Positions 24,681-37,462 of a DNA stretch of 64,000 nucleotides are shown one piece after another. The DNA is taken from contig NC_043010.1 of assembly GCF_006345805.1 (NCBI RefSeq), positions 45,198,001 to 45,262,000 on the forward strand, given 5' to 3'. Both the position numbers and the translations under genes were made by a program. The number at the start of each line of letters is the position of its first letter. The stretch's first letter is position 1. The notes below the pieces were generated by a model. It saw only the letters and a list, made by a program, of their open reading frames with translations, made no database searches and was not told the DNA's origin. The DNA comes from Octopus sinensis (Eukaryota).

Positions 24681-25059
24681 ATATATAGTACGTTTAAGAG
24701 ATAAATCACTGTCTCCATCAGACACCAGACAATTAAATATTTTGCGCATGGAAAGAATTGAAATTAGCACCACAGCGGATCGAGATATCTTGCAATTACA
24801 TATTTGACCCAATGTATTGTTCCTCACATAGAAGGGGCTTTTCAGAATCAAATATCTTGGTCGCAGATACAGTAATTTCCTCAGGAAATTCAGGCTTTTT
24901 GAGGAAATTAGAGTCTTTAAATAGGAATTGGACAGCGTAAAATAAGTAGCTCAATCGGGAATTGAAACTGTATCAGATAAATGTATCTTTGAAAGCGTTC
25001 AGGTTTCACCAAAGTTATTTCTTTTAACTGTCTAAAATTATCAATACTTTAAGGAATAA

Positions 25060-25280
25060 ATAAGGTGGCGAGCTGGCAGAATCGTTAGCACGCCGGGTAA
25101 AATGTTTAGCAGTATTACGTCATTTACGATATGTGTTCAAATGCCACCGGGGTCGACTTCTTCTTTCATCCTTTCTGGGTCGATAAATTATGTACCAGTT
25201 GAGCACTGGGGACGATGTAATCAACTTGCCCTCTCCCCGAAATTGCTAGCTTGGTGCCAAAATTTGAAACTAATATTTTA
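25060..25280 (+). mobile_element. SINE family B
   Basis: Head GGTGGCGAGCTGGCAGAATCGTTAGC, core and tail1. Confidence 0.88.
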
Positions 25281-25299
25281 AGGAGAAAAAATAGGTGTG

Positions 25300-26050
25300 G
25301 AATTTAAGTATTTTCTCAATAGTTTTAGGATTGTATGTGCGTTGAGGGCGACGCTATGATGGCGTTTCGGTTTGTCAGGCCCTTAACTTTCACTTTACGG
25401 TGCTTGTCACCATGTTTGCCAAAGAGTTATTCATATATTCTTAGAAAATCTCCAATCAACACTTTTTAATTTGTAAGTTATATTTTTGTCCCTTTTTATG
25501 GTCTTATCAGACTAATATCATCAGCAGTAATGATATTTCATGTTTCCTGAGAATGTATATCACTTGTATAAGTTGTAAGAGGAACCAAAATTTTAACCCT
25601 TGTAGTACACCGTAAAATATGCAGTTTCATTAAAAATCATATTCCGATATTAGTGCCATTTACTTTCGATTTGATATGCAAAGCTTGGACCTTTTCAACA
25701 CATTGCCTTCAATAAATATAAAACTGTTATTTCTTTTGTCAAGGTTTCACGGTTCGTACTATATTTTATAAATTTTATTGTCATGGAAATTCTAATATTT
25801 TCAATTATATGATCTAAAGTATGATTTGAGAACGTTTACTTCTGAAGAAGCAATCAAAGGAATAGAAGCAATCATACTTTGGAAGATAGTTAAATATTTT
25901 CATATTGATTAACTTATATTGGATTGTAGAGTTGACTGATACACTGTTCAATTCTAAATGTGTTATAAAGTCGGTTCCGATGCAAAGACTTCAAGTTGCC
26001 CTTTAAGTTAAGTTTCGGTAGTGTGAAATCAATTTCATGTTTCCCCTAGA
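25300..26050 (-). mobile_element. Decayed CR1/L2-type LINE RT fragment
   Basis: Minus strand remnants GVLQG..LVPL (GVPQGS.LGP) and ITADDISL (YADD motif). Confidence 0.5.
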
Positions 26051-26386
26051 GATAGCCAGAACCTAATTTCATATTACATCTGCAGTGTTTACATTATGCA
26101 CACACACACACTTTCTTTCCTTTCATTCTTTCTCTCACATCACTGTTTCTCTCTCTCTCCCCACCTCTCTCTCTCTTATTTAACTAAAATGATAAATTCT
26201 TATGCTGACTACTCATGATACGTTTATTACTTAAAGCACACGGGATATACATTGAAAGCTCGTCCCAGAATCTTAGATGAAACCATAGTCAGCAAGTAAA
26301 ATAGCATTTCAGACACATTCTATCCACCACTTAGCGTTACTCGTCATGTAGTTAATCTGATCAACAAAGTCAACTAACATATAATA

Positions 26387-27650
26387 TCGAGTTGAGTAAA
26401 AAGTAAGCAACGTTTTGAACTATGAAGGATTTGTACCGCATTTTTGCAGAGTTTTAAATATTTTAAAATATTTTTTTGAAATTGTCTGATAATACAGACA
26501 TAAACTTGCCAATATACCTCAATAAATCAATATTGATTTTTATTTTTTTGGTAAGTCATCTGGAATGGAACTGTCAAAGCGCGGTATTCGAACAATTTTG
26601 CTATTCAACTTCAAAAAAGGACGTAAAGCAGCTGAAACTGCTCGCGATATCAACGAAACATTTGATGAAGAACTGACCAGTGAGTGATCAGCGCGAGAAT
26701 GGTTGAACGATTTCGCAGTGGAGACCTGGACTTTGAAGATGACAGATGACGCCCATCTGTCATCGATGACGGTCAATTAAAGACTGTCATTGAGAAAAAT
26801 CCACGTAAAACCACTCGAGAACTGGCAAAACAACTTCAAGTTAGCCATAAAATTGCCTGCAACCATTTGCATGCGATCAGAAAATAAAAAAAAGCTCGAC
26901 AAATGGGTACCACACGATTTGAATGAAAAATCAGAAAATGTGCAGGTATGAAATTTGCTCGTTACTTCTTCGTAAACAGACCGATCCATTTCTTGACCGT
27001 ATTGTAACTTGCTATGCAAAGTGAATTCTGTAAAAACGTTCTTCGCAGTGATTGGACCAAAATGAAGCACCGAAAACCTTCCCTAAATCCGAACCCTTCA
27101 AAAAGAAGGTTATGGTGACTGTTTGGTGATTTACTGCTGGCCTCATGCACTATAATTTCTTAAAACTCGGAAAAACCATAACTGCAGAAACATATTACAA
27201 TGAAATTGCTAAAATGAAGGGAAAAATGCTACTCCTCCGTCCCAGACTGGTCAACAGAAGAGGGCCAATCATTCGTCACGACAATGCTCGACCACACGTT
27301 TCTTTAATGACGTTCCAGAAGTTGAGGGAACTTGGCTATGAAGTTCTTCCCCACCCAGCTTACTCCCCAGACCTTTCTCCTACTGACTACCACTTTTTCA
27401 AGCACCTTGATGGATTGCTGTGAGAGAAGGAGTTCAAATATGAAACCGATGCTGAAAGTGCGTTTAAAGAGTTCATCAGCTCCAGAACTCCAGATTTTTA
27501 TGTTACCGGAATAAACAAGATAGTAACTCGTTGGCAAAAATGTGTTGATAGTAATGGTACTTACTTTGATGAATAGAATTTTCGCATTGTTGAAATATAC
27601 TGTGATGAATTTCATGTTTCAAAACGTTGCTTACTTTTTACTCAACCTTA
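26387..27650 (+). mobile_element. Full-length mariner (cecropia/Hsmar1-like), inactive
   Basis: TIR GTTGAGTAAAAAGTAAGCAACGTTTTGAA at both ends, TA flanks; MELSKRGIRTILLFNFKKGRKAAETA...WVPHDL...HDNARPH...HPAYSPDLSPTDYHFF...RWQKCV; several stops and frameshifts. Confidence 0.95.
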
Positions 27651-28007
27651 TACACCATACACTACGTGGTGCAGTGGCGGCTTAATTATTAATATTGGTA
27701 GTTAAGTAATTGTTATTATTGTTTACTCTTGCCCTAGTAAGACGTTTTTATTATTCCCGTTTGGATGTATATATTATGGATTGTTTTTAACGACTGGAAG
27801 AATATTTCTAGATTTATTAGAAAGGGAAATTAAACGTTTTCTTTTTTCCCCTGTTTGGGGTGAAAAAAAATAGCATTTTCATACATCTTGTTTTACATTG
27901 CAATAGCAAACTGAAACAAAACCACAATCTCTCTCTCTCTTCTCTGTCTCTCTCTCCTCATCTCTCTCACTTCTTTCTGTTCCTTTCTTCTCTTTCTCTC
28001 TCACTCG

Positions 28008-28090
<83 letters not shown>

Positions 28091-29243
28091 CCACACTCAC
28101 AAGTTATGGAAAAATATTTTGCAACGAGATCCATGTTTTGAAGGAAGGAAATAGTGATATTTCTGTAGACTTTAATACTAGTAAGGACAATTCTAGCACC
28201 GTTTTAGGTAGCAACAATGACAACAACAAAAATAAAATTCGCACTAACTTTTTACCAAGCGAGGATGTTAGTGGCATTGGAAACAATTTTAGCGATATTA
28301 TCAAAAGAAATTTTTGCAAATGTATATATAATACAGTCGGAGAAGGAAACCTGTAAGAGATTTGTCACAAAATATTGTGTCTCCTTGACTAAAGGTTTTG
28401 TCCAAAACGGACAAGGATAAAAGTTACATACTTCAGCCTCGTAAACTGTGGACGGGCGTTCAATTTGTTCCCAAAACAGCAGTTAAAGGAAGTCCTCTCC
28501 GATATGTAGTCTTATGTCGTTTTCATGATATAGGGCAAAGCGACAAGTAGAATGAGTGTTACATGCATGTCTATAGATTTGCACTGCAATATATGGGGTA
28601 GTATTAATACGAGGGTGACAGTCAGAGGCGTTGGCAAATACTCTGGTTCCTGGCTCGTTGTTGCTATTTTAGCGCAATGGGGCAAAATCGTACAATGTTC
28701 TGACTCGACATAGGTGATGGGTTTTCAGTATCGTGATTGTGGTTACCCTATTTGTTTCTCATGTTTGCTTCTTAATTGATTGATTGATTCTAGTTTCAGC
28801 TCATGAGCTGTGTCCATGCTGGGGCACCGCCATTTAAGAAAGACGTTCCCATGTAATTTTATGATTTAAAAAAATAACATGGAAAACAAATGGAATAACA
28901 ACATACGCGATTAAGAATCTACCTGCTAAGTTGTGTCAGAACACTCATTGTACTAGAAACGGTGTATGCAAATGCACCCATATAATCTGAACGCAATTTC
29001 AACTTACCGTGCAATAAAGGGGTGGTGGGTGTAATCTGAAATTGCCGAACTGCGATTTAAACACATTGGAATTCACTCCTTTCTCTGGAGTTGATAAAAT
29101 AATTATCAGTAATGAATCAATACAATCGAGAGTTTTATTCTTTTGGGGAGTGTATATAAAAAATAACAACCGTCATTGAAATTGAATTATAAAGAAATGA
29201 AGTTGTGACATCTTAAGCAATGTGTAATATGCTAACCTTAGAG

Positions 29244-29564
29244 CAGGGGTTGGCAAAATTCTCATACCTATTTCTTTACTACCCACAAGGGGATAAACAC
29301 AGAGGGGACAAACAAGGATAGACAAAGGGATTAAGTCGATTACATCGACCTCAGTGCGTAACTGGTACTTATTTAATCGACCCCGAAAGGATGAAAAGCA
29401 AAGTCAACCTCGGCGGTGTTTGAACTCAGAACGTAACGGCAGACGAAATACGGCTACGCATTTCGCCCGACGTGCTAACGTTTCTGCCAACTCGCCGCCT
29501 TGGTTCGCAAAATTCTCATACCATTGGCCCCTTCATGGAGCCGTTGATAAAGTATCGACCCCTG
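29244..29564. mobile_element. Small hAT-like MITE (CAGGGGT...ACCCCTG) interrupted by a SINE
   Basis: Short imperfect TIRs; no convincing 8-bp TSD. Confidence 0.4.
29269..29500 (-). mobile_element. Full-length SINE family B (tail2 variant) with 16-bp TSD
   Basis: GCAAAATTCTCATACC at 29253-29268 and 29507-29522; head, core and tail2 intact. Confidence 0.93.
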
Positions 29565-29679
29565 CCATCATGTAAATTTCCAAAACAAAATCAAAAAGTA
29601 TAATTCATGAAAAAAAAAATAAATAAATGGTTTAAAACCAAGAATTCTTTCGTTGTTTTGTGTCATTAATGCTTTTTAA

Positions 29680-29830
29680 GTAGAAGTAGTACTGTGCTGT
29701 ATATATATTTTTATTTTTATTTTTATAATTTGTAAATATTTATTTTATTATGAATGCAAAACAACACCACAGAGGAATCGACGTAAGCTTAAATAATAAA
29801 CCGCCTAAAGTGAACCGCGATATGGCGAGG
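29680..29830. mobile_element. Partial pogo/Tigger-like MITE
   Basis: Matches the 3' half of 55732-55957 (CAACACCAC..GAATCGACGTAAGCTTAA...GAACCGCGATATGGCGAG). Confidence 0.7.
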
Positions 29831-30175
29831 GAAAAAAAATTTAATGGAAACAATTAACGAAATTGATAAAGAACAATAAAACTTCAGTTATAGTAACTTC
29901 ATATCGTCGGGATATTAAGTGTTTATGGACATCTTGTTTAGCCACATAGACCCCCTGGGGTTCGATATTGACCCCTCAGCCGACATTGCCTTAGTGCCTG
30001 TCTTCTATTCATCAGCTACAATCAGATCGGCTATCTGCATTAGATGACCTGTCTAACTAGAATTATAAGACAGGAAAAAGTTGCAATGGTTGATTAGGTT
30101 GTCATTTGTGCTACTCCAGCAACCATGATCTGGCATACGATAATAAATGAAGTATAAAGATCGTATAATTTTCTT

Positions 30176-30551
30176 TGAAGCACTCCGTCGGTTACGACGG
30201 CGAAGGTTCCGGTTGATCCGAATCAACGGAACAGCCTGCTCGTGAAATTAACGTGTAAGTGGCTGAGCACTCCACAGACACGTGTACCCATAACGTAGCT
30301 CTCGGGGATATTCAGCGTGACACAGAGAGTGACAAGGCCGGCCCTTTGAAATACAGGTACAACAGAAACAGGAAGTAAGAGTGAGAGAAAGTTGTGGTGA
30401 AAGAGTACAGCAGGGATCACCACCATCCCCTGCGGGAGCATCGTGGAGCTTTGGGTGTTTTCGCTCAATAAACACTCACAATGCCCGGTCCGGAAATCGA
30501 AACCGCGATCCTATGACCGCGAGTCCGCTGCCCTAACCACTGGGCCATTGT
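30176..30551 (-). mobile_element. tRNA-derived SINE family C
   Basis: Minus-strand head CAATGGCCCAGTGGTTAGGGCAGCGGACTCGCGG; near-identical to 49943-50299. Confidence 0.92.
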
Positions 30552-30819
30552 GAAGTGCATTATCCAATTTAGTTAGTTTACTCTGGCACTTCAAACTTTG
30601 TAATAAACCTTTTCAAACACATATTTTGCAACAACAGTTATTATAGAACGTTAACAAAAAAAAATATAAATGACTGTTGGTGCTATGACTCGGAGATAAA
30701 GAGATTAAAAAATCTGTTCATGAAGATGTTTTGTGAAAATTGTTTTTATGTAGGGCGGCGAGGATATGCAAGCTTTGATTTTCGTCGCTGCTAATGAGAA
30801 AGTGCGCCTGGCGAAAACT

Positions 30820-30866
30820 GTAGCAGCAGCACCAGCAGCAGCAGTAGCAGTAGCAGTAGTAGTAGT

Positions 30867-30898
<32 letters not shown>

Positions 30899-31008
30899 CA
30901 GTAGCAGTAGTAGTAGTACTAGTAGTAGTAGTAGTAGTAGTAGTAGCAGAAGCAGCAGCAGCAGTAGTAGTAGTAGTAGTTTTGTTGTTGTTGTTGTTGT
31001 TGTTGTTG
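30820..31008. repeat. (AGC)n/(AGT)n/(TTG)n trinucleotide repeat
   Basis: Directly visible; source of the poly-A/V/L/T ORFs. Confidence 0.95.
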
Positions 31009-31337
31009 CGTAGCTCGAGTAAAGCATATTTATCACAAGAGAAGATATTCCACACGTTTGTCTTACATAGAAACTGTATGTTAATCTATATAGCCAATGT
31101 ACAATGTTCTGCAGTGCGCCGTCTTCCTTCCAAAATACACAGCTAAATCATTGAATGCACTGAATCTTTTGTTTTAAAGAGTCTTTGTTTGATAGAGATT
31201 TGTCTCGTATCCACATAAAGTCTCCTGTTTTGGCTTATACTGACTGCAGTTGATGAAGCTGCAGTCGAAAAGTGAAAGCGAGTTGAAGGGTTGTGTACAA
31301 CTATTGGATATGTACGTGTGTTTGTGTATGTATGTTT

Positions 31338-31369
<32 letters not shown>

Positions 31370-31424
31370 GTTGTGTGTGTGTGTGTGTGTATGTGTGTGT
31401 AGATTCGTTGTTAATATAGAGTAG

Positions 31425-31650
31425 TGAAGGCGGCGAGCTGGCAGAATTGATTCGATAGTACGCCCGGCAAAATGCTTCGCGGCATTTCATACGTCCTTAC
31501 GTTCTGAGTTCAAATGCCATCAAGGTTGACTTTGCATTTCATCATTTCGGAGTCAATAAAATAAGTACCAGTTTAGTACTGGGATTGATGTAATCGACTT
31601 ATCCCCTCCTCCGAAATTGCTACCACTGTGCCAAAATTTGAAATAAATAG
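31425..31650 (+). mobile_element. SINE family B
   Basis: Head GAAGGCGGCGAGCTGGCAGAA, core and tail1. Confidence 0.85.
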
Positions 31651-31959
31651 TGAAAAATAGCATGAGACGATGGTAGTCTTTTGTTGTCCAAGAAAGACGG
31701 TTCCGCAACTTCATACCGAACGACCTGCACAAAAGGATTTGTTTAAAGTGATCAAATGTATGTACCTGTACATTAGTTCACTCTCTCCATCAAATCTACG
31801 TTACCTGAACAGTTGCACCATCTACCACACGTCAGGTGTCGAGGTAATCGCTAAGTAACGTGAGATTAAATGTTTTCTTCGAGAACACAACGTACCATCC
31901 GGTCTAGGAATTGGAACCACGGTCTCACGACCGTGAATGCAACACCCTAACCACCAGGC

Positions 31960-32761
31960 CAATGGTTCTCAACCAGAATTCATATGACCTCTTGGGGATC
32001 CATGTAAGATTTATGGGGCTCCACACAAGCAAAATAGTAAATGGGATCCACAAATAGTATTTTATGGGTGCATGAAAAAACTTAGCTTTAGGCTGTATTT
32101 ATTGCAAGAAACAACTAGGTTTCCTACTCTGAGGCTTTGCATTGTTCAGCCAACACAAGTGAATGTGCGATAAACCAAATAGGAATTTTGAAAGAATCTA
32201 TATATCTATATAAACGGCAGTTTGTCTGTCTGTGTGTCTGTCAGGTTGTACCCTCACCCTGATCACAGCTTTCAACCGATTCTGATGAAACTTGACACAC
32301 ACATAGCCCAATATCATAATTCAAAACTAACGCAGCGAAAATTTTGAAAGGTTCCCCCAGTTCTGAAAAAATCGATAAATTCGACATGGGGTCGAGAATC
32401 TAAGCTTTTTATATGCAACACATTTTCTGGGCTGTACGTGGGCTGTTCACGCGTTGAGAGGCACAATGATGTTTTCAAGTTTTCGCCCAAAGAGACAGCT
32501 AGGAACATTGTATACACAGAAGTATTCGAGTGAAGAGAAGACATTGCAACCTACACATGCGCCTTCGTTCCCTAGAGGGAAAGGGCTAGATTGGGATTAG
32601 TCGTTGCCTTCTAGGGGCTCTTACATACCCGGGCAACGCCGGGCTATGCTGCTAGTTATCTATAAAACTAGCTTTTAAACATCAAATGGCTATGGGGTAC
32701 ACCAGAACAAAATTGTCATCAAAGGCGTCCATAGATTTTTTTAAATGGTTACAAACCAATG
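31960..32761. mobile_element. hAT-like MITE with a nested Helitron
   Basis: Ends CAATGGTTCTCAACC / GGTTACAAACCAATG (degenerate TIRs). Confidence 0.5.
32197..32655 (+). mobile_element. Non-autonomous Helitron (third interior type)
   Basis: A|TCTATATATC... 5' end with GTCTGTCTGT tract; 3' hairpin CCCGGGCAACGCCGGG followed by CTAG|T. Confidence 0.85.
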
Positions 32762-34010
32762 CAAGAGTATGAGGTAACAGAGCAATAAATATTCAGGATG
32801 AAGAATCGGAAAGCGAGCAGTAATGTAATAAGGATAAGGCTACCCGATAGAAAATTACACAACGTGATTATTGCAAACGAGATGGGTTTATGGGATGAGT
32901 GGTTTTGATAAACCATTTTGACACCGTAGTTCTCAAGATTTCAAACACTATTGCTCTGCTACACAAGACTAGAGATATTAAAATGTAAATACTTTGTTCA
33001 AAGTCATAAGCGACTTAAGTAAAACAAATTAAAATCGCTCTGATCGGAAAGCTGATAAGAATGAAAATTGAAGGAAAAAAAAACGAATTTCTTTCATTTC
33101 CATGGTATGAAGCAAGAGGAGAATATATTATATGTTACTCTAACTACTTGTATGTCGCGTTAAGTACTTTATGTTATGTTTGAATCGTGAAGTATATGGG
33201 GTTTTCCCAACTCCAGTTCTATCTATTTATCTCTATCCTTCCCCGCTTTCAGGCTTCCAATTATAAATCACTGTAATAATTGCAGACACGTGTTTATTTC
33301 AATATATGTGAAGAAAACATATTAAGTGCAAAGTGCTGTCGGCGTGTTTCTAAGTGTGCAAGATGGATGTATATGTACGTATGTGTGTAATTATGTGTGT
33401 GTGTGTGTGTATTTGTGTGCCCGTGTGTGTGTGCATGTGTGTGTGCGTGTGTGCATGTGTGTGTGCGTGTGTGCGTGTGTGCGTGTATTCGTGTGTATGT
33501 GTGTGTATGTGTGTGTGTGTACGAGAGTGCTTTTTAATGCTTGGATGCGTTCATCTACACGACTGTGTGTATATTTGCTCTTATACGGGCATTTTCTATG
33601 CTATGTATTTACGTCTTGGGGTATGTGTGTGTGTGAGAGAGAGAGGCTCTGTGTGTGTGTGTGACAGAGAGAGAGAGAGAGAGTGAGAGAGAGAAAGTGT
33701 ATGTGTGTGTATGTGACGCACGCGCGTATATGTCTGTACTTATGCGTGTAGATTTGTAAGTACGTGTGGATGTCTAAAATGTGGTTTGTGCTCGTGTTTG
33801 CGTTTGTGTGTGTTTATATATTGCTAGTAAATGCATTTGTGGTGCTTCTGCTTTGTGATGTCAACACACGGGTGAGCTCACACAGACATACACCCTCATA
33901 TCCTTTCGTATGTTGTTCAGAACTTTTGTTCTCTTTTAATGATATATACATATACACCCGTATATAGATTATGTAACACATGACAGACTTGATCACTTAA
34001 TTCTAATGAT

Positions 34011-34850
34011 ATAAGCAAATGTGGAAAAGTCGGAACACTGAAACATATTCTTTCCAACTGTTCACTGGCATTGAATAGATATACATGGAGACACAATCTG
34101 GTCCTTAAGGTTATCTTCAATGCTATACAGAGCCAAATTGCTCTCATTAACAGCGGAACAAAACCATTGAAAGAACGAACCAGAGATTTCATTACCTTCG
34201 TGCACCCAGGACAGCAGATCCGTTTCAAGAAGAAGAAACTTGCCGTGAGCGATAAAAAGTGGAACGGCTATTGGAAGATGGCTGCAGATTTACCAGGGGA
34301 TCAAGGATTCTTCCCCATCCCGGTTACGAAAAAATCCGGATATTATAATGTGCAGTGAAAGAAAGGAAGTGGGGAATCTAGTCGAGTTAACGGTTCCTCA
34401 TGAAGATAACATGGAAGCCGCTCGACCTCGAAAGATTGACCGTTATGTAAACCTTCTCGAGGAATGTGAATACGCAGGCTGGAAAGTGGAGCATTTTCCA
34501 ATCGAAGTCGCATGTAGAGGATTCGATGAACACATTGTGAGGCGACTATTGTTATCGTTAGGGCTAACTCATCGTAAAACAAATACCATTATGAACGATA
34601 TTCAAACTACAGTGGAAAAAGCTAGCCACTGGATTTTGTTAAAAAGAGACGATGAGCGATGGCTGATCTAGCAAGCGGGGCCTCATATCAGTGAGGTGGG
34701 GGGCGATGCGCAATGATGCCGTCGGGAGTGGGCCCCGAAACGGCGCGCATTCCCTCCTGATGACCTCATACCCTTGCTGGCTTCCTGTATGCGAAGCTTT
34801 TGACTGGTAGCACTTGCAAGTTGTTTGCAAAACATGTGTCTGACCATATA
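34011..34850 (+). mobile_element. HERO/R2-like non-LTR retrotransposon 3' end (zinc-knuckle remnant, PD-(D/E)xK endonuclease, 3' UTR)
   Basis: SKCGKVGTLKHILSNC..ALNRYTWRHN...PDIIMCSERKEVGNLVELTVPHE...PIEVACRGF...ASHWILLKR; one frameshift near 34350. Confidence 0.88.
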
Positions 34851-35029
34851 GGTATCCTTCCTCGATAAGAGAATGCATATTTACACACACACACATACAC
34901 ATATCTATCTATCTCTATTTATCTATCTATCTCTCTATTTATCTGTCTGTATACATACACACACACACACACAGTTGGCATGATAGATCGCTAAATCAAC
35001 AAGTTTTTTATTCTCTCTCTGTTCTATTT

Positions 35030-35170
35030 CCTCATGTTCCTTTATGCTGAAGAGCGTAGGCTCGAAACGTAAACGACTTTCTCACTTTCCTGAGAGTCAA
35101 ACTAATACACCTGCTTGTTGTTTAAACACCTGTCTTCGTCTCTTGTTTTTCTGTAAATTTCAACTATATA
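35030..35170 (+). mobile_element. Short PLE pseudo-LTR-like repeat with degenerate hammerhead (35041-35074)
   Basis: TTT-ATGCTGA-A-GAGC-GTAG-GCTC-GAAA-CG-T-A-AAC. Confidence 0.55.
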
Positions 35171-36096
35171 CACATATGCATTTGTGTGGTGTAAAGATAT
35201 GTACATATGTGTGCGTATGTGCATATGTATATGTGTGCATGTGTATGTATATAACTACTACTACTAATACGACAACCACTACCGCTTCTAGCTATTTTCA
35301 TATCAAGCTGATCATGAGCAGGTTCAGTAGTATATCATTTTTTATTTTGTGAAAAGCAGTTGCTAGTCCCTAGCTTAACATTTCATTTATAGGGAAAGGA
35401 ATGTTGTGATTGGTATCCAGTGCTGGATTAAACATTAAGCAAAATAAGAACGTACTTCGGGCACCAGGGGAGGGAGCCTGAGGGAAATGTTAAATGGTTT
35501 ACGGCACAAATGAAATCGCTTTAAACTTGCTAAAATGATATTCGAAGTGGTTTATATGATTGGAAATCTAATTTTGAAGGGTTCATGGTGTGTCATAGTC
35601 AGGATTTGATCAAAAATTTTGCAATTAAAAAAGTAAGAGAAAATTTTTCAATTACAAATAAATTTGAAGGAAGCAATAATAAATGTTTCCATCTAACTGT
35701 TAGTTTTATTTCATTATTTTTTATTGTTTATATTTTAAATTACATATATATGGAAGCACCAAATTCTTTTAAGTGTTTAGGGCCTCTATAGGTCTTAACA
35801 GGGCCCTGGTTGTACCTCACGATCATTCCTCGACCTAACGTAGTCAATACCGAGGGAAAAGGAAAAAGAGGGATCGATCTCAGTACATGACAGGTATTCT
35901 ATTTATCGAAAGAATGAAAATCAAAATTCATCCCAGCAGAATACCGTAGAGAGCCGGAATATCTACAACAAGGTATTCTACTTGTCACTCAAGCAAATCT
36001 GCTAATTTAGAAGATTTAAACATTTTGTCGCAGATAGAAAAACTAACAGGGATCAGCTGGACACATTTTAATCCAGAACTGGAATTTTATCAACGA

Positions 36097-36490
36097 CTAG
36101 CAGTATCGCCCGGCGTCGCTCGGGTTTGTTTCGACCCTTTAGAATTGGAATTTTTGACAAGTACAATTTTGCATTATGTAGCTTGTTAGTCTCTTTAAGT
36201 GAACATTTTTTTCTTGTTGAAATACACAGAAAAATGGCGACACAGCAGTCAAAAAATTGTAAAAAATAGGGATTTTCATAGAAAAAAAAGCACCTTTTTG
36301 ATGTAAATAATTTTTGGTGTTAACATGGTCCGATTTGAATTTTTTCTTCTACGAGAGGGAGAGCAAGCCTTCTTCTATCATACTCTCAATTTTGGTCAAC
36401 TTGCTCCGCAGGGTCTCGGAGGAGATAGTGTTAGTTGAAGACTACCAAACCTGCCATACACAGACAACTTCAGCTTTATATATAGAGAGA
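36097..36490 (-). mobile_element. Non-autonomous Helitron (second interior type)
   Basis: Minus strand TCTCTCTATATATAAAG...CCCGAGCGACGCCGGGCGATACTGCTAG|T; near-identical to 43484-43877. Confidence 0.88.
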
Positions 36491-37427
36491 TTGAATATTC
36501 CCATTAACTGCGCACAGAGACATAAGGGAATCCACCATTACTGAGCGATCGAACACCTCCCCTCTAAGGAAGGGCAGTATGCTGAAATCACGTGATCGGG
36601 CAGTTCCGGCACCCACACCAGACGGATCTCCTCTGTTAGCGATATATGTCTGTGCTTTTATCAACACCGTACCTCTATGAGATACTTTCTCAAGGCGAAT
36701 TCTGAAGTATTCTGCATTCTAATAATGCATCCACGTTAAGTAGTATATAAAGACTGCCATTATATACATGTATGTATGCATATTTGTATGTATGTATGTG
36801 TGTGTGTATGTATGTATGTATGTATGTATGTATGTATGTATGTATGTATGTATGTATGTATGTACGTACGTATGTATGTACGTACGTATGTGTGTATGAA
36901 ATAATGAAGTCAAACCATGCAATGATATTTGAAATGTATTTAATATGTACATATTAGGTCATTGCGCATCAAATTAAAAGGAAATTCATCTCTTACGTAA
37001 GGCCTTCCTCAATAACATTTACACAGATACTATACTTAAGATTTGGAGCGGGTTGTTCTCTTCGACTCGATTCGAAAATTCTGGCAACGTGCATCACTTC
37101 TAAGCATAACACGAAATATTTAAGTACTCACACACATATACGCGCACACACGCACACACACACACACATGTGCGCATACACACACACACACACACACATA
37201 CACACACAAACACGCACATTCATTTAGAGAGAAAAATACAGCAAAATCGCGCGTGCGCTCATACACACACACACACACATATGCACGCACTCATACATAC
37301 ATACATACATACTAACATACATACATTTAATGAATATAGACAGCAACAGCGACATCGAATACTTACGATAGTCGTATGATGATGTTATTATTCCACATAG
37401 ATATAAATAAGTAAATAAATAAATGAA

Positions 37428-37462
<35 letters not shown>

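Noticed and set aside
28100-28600. Coding-like non-repetitive stretch (also 40000-40500)
   Set aside because: Short frames with stops and no identifiable motif; may be old transposase remnants, needs BLASTX.
30705-31146. Poly-Ala/Thr/Val ORFs resembling a transcription-factor or mucin segment
   Set aside because: (AGC/AGT)n microsatellite that is open in several frames.
35415-35810. Possible MITE with CAGTGCTGGATTAA / TTAACAGGGCCCTG ends
   Set aside because: The TIR match is too weak and no TSD was found.
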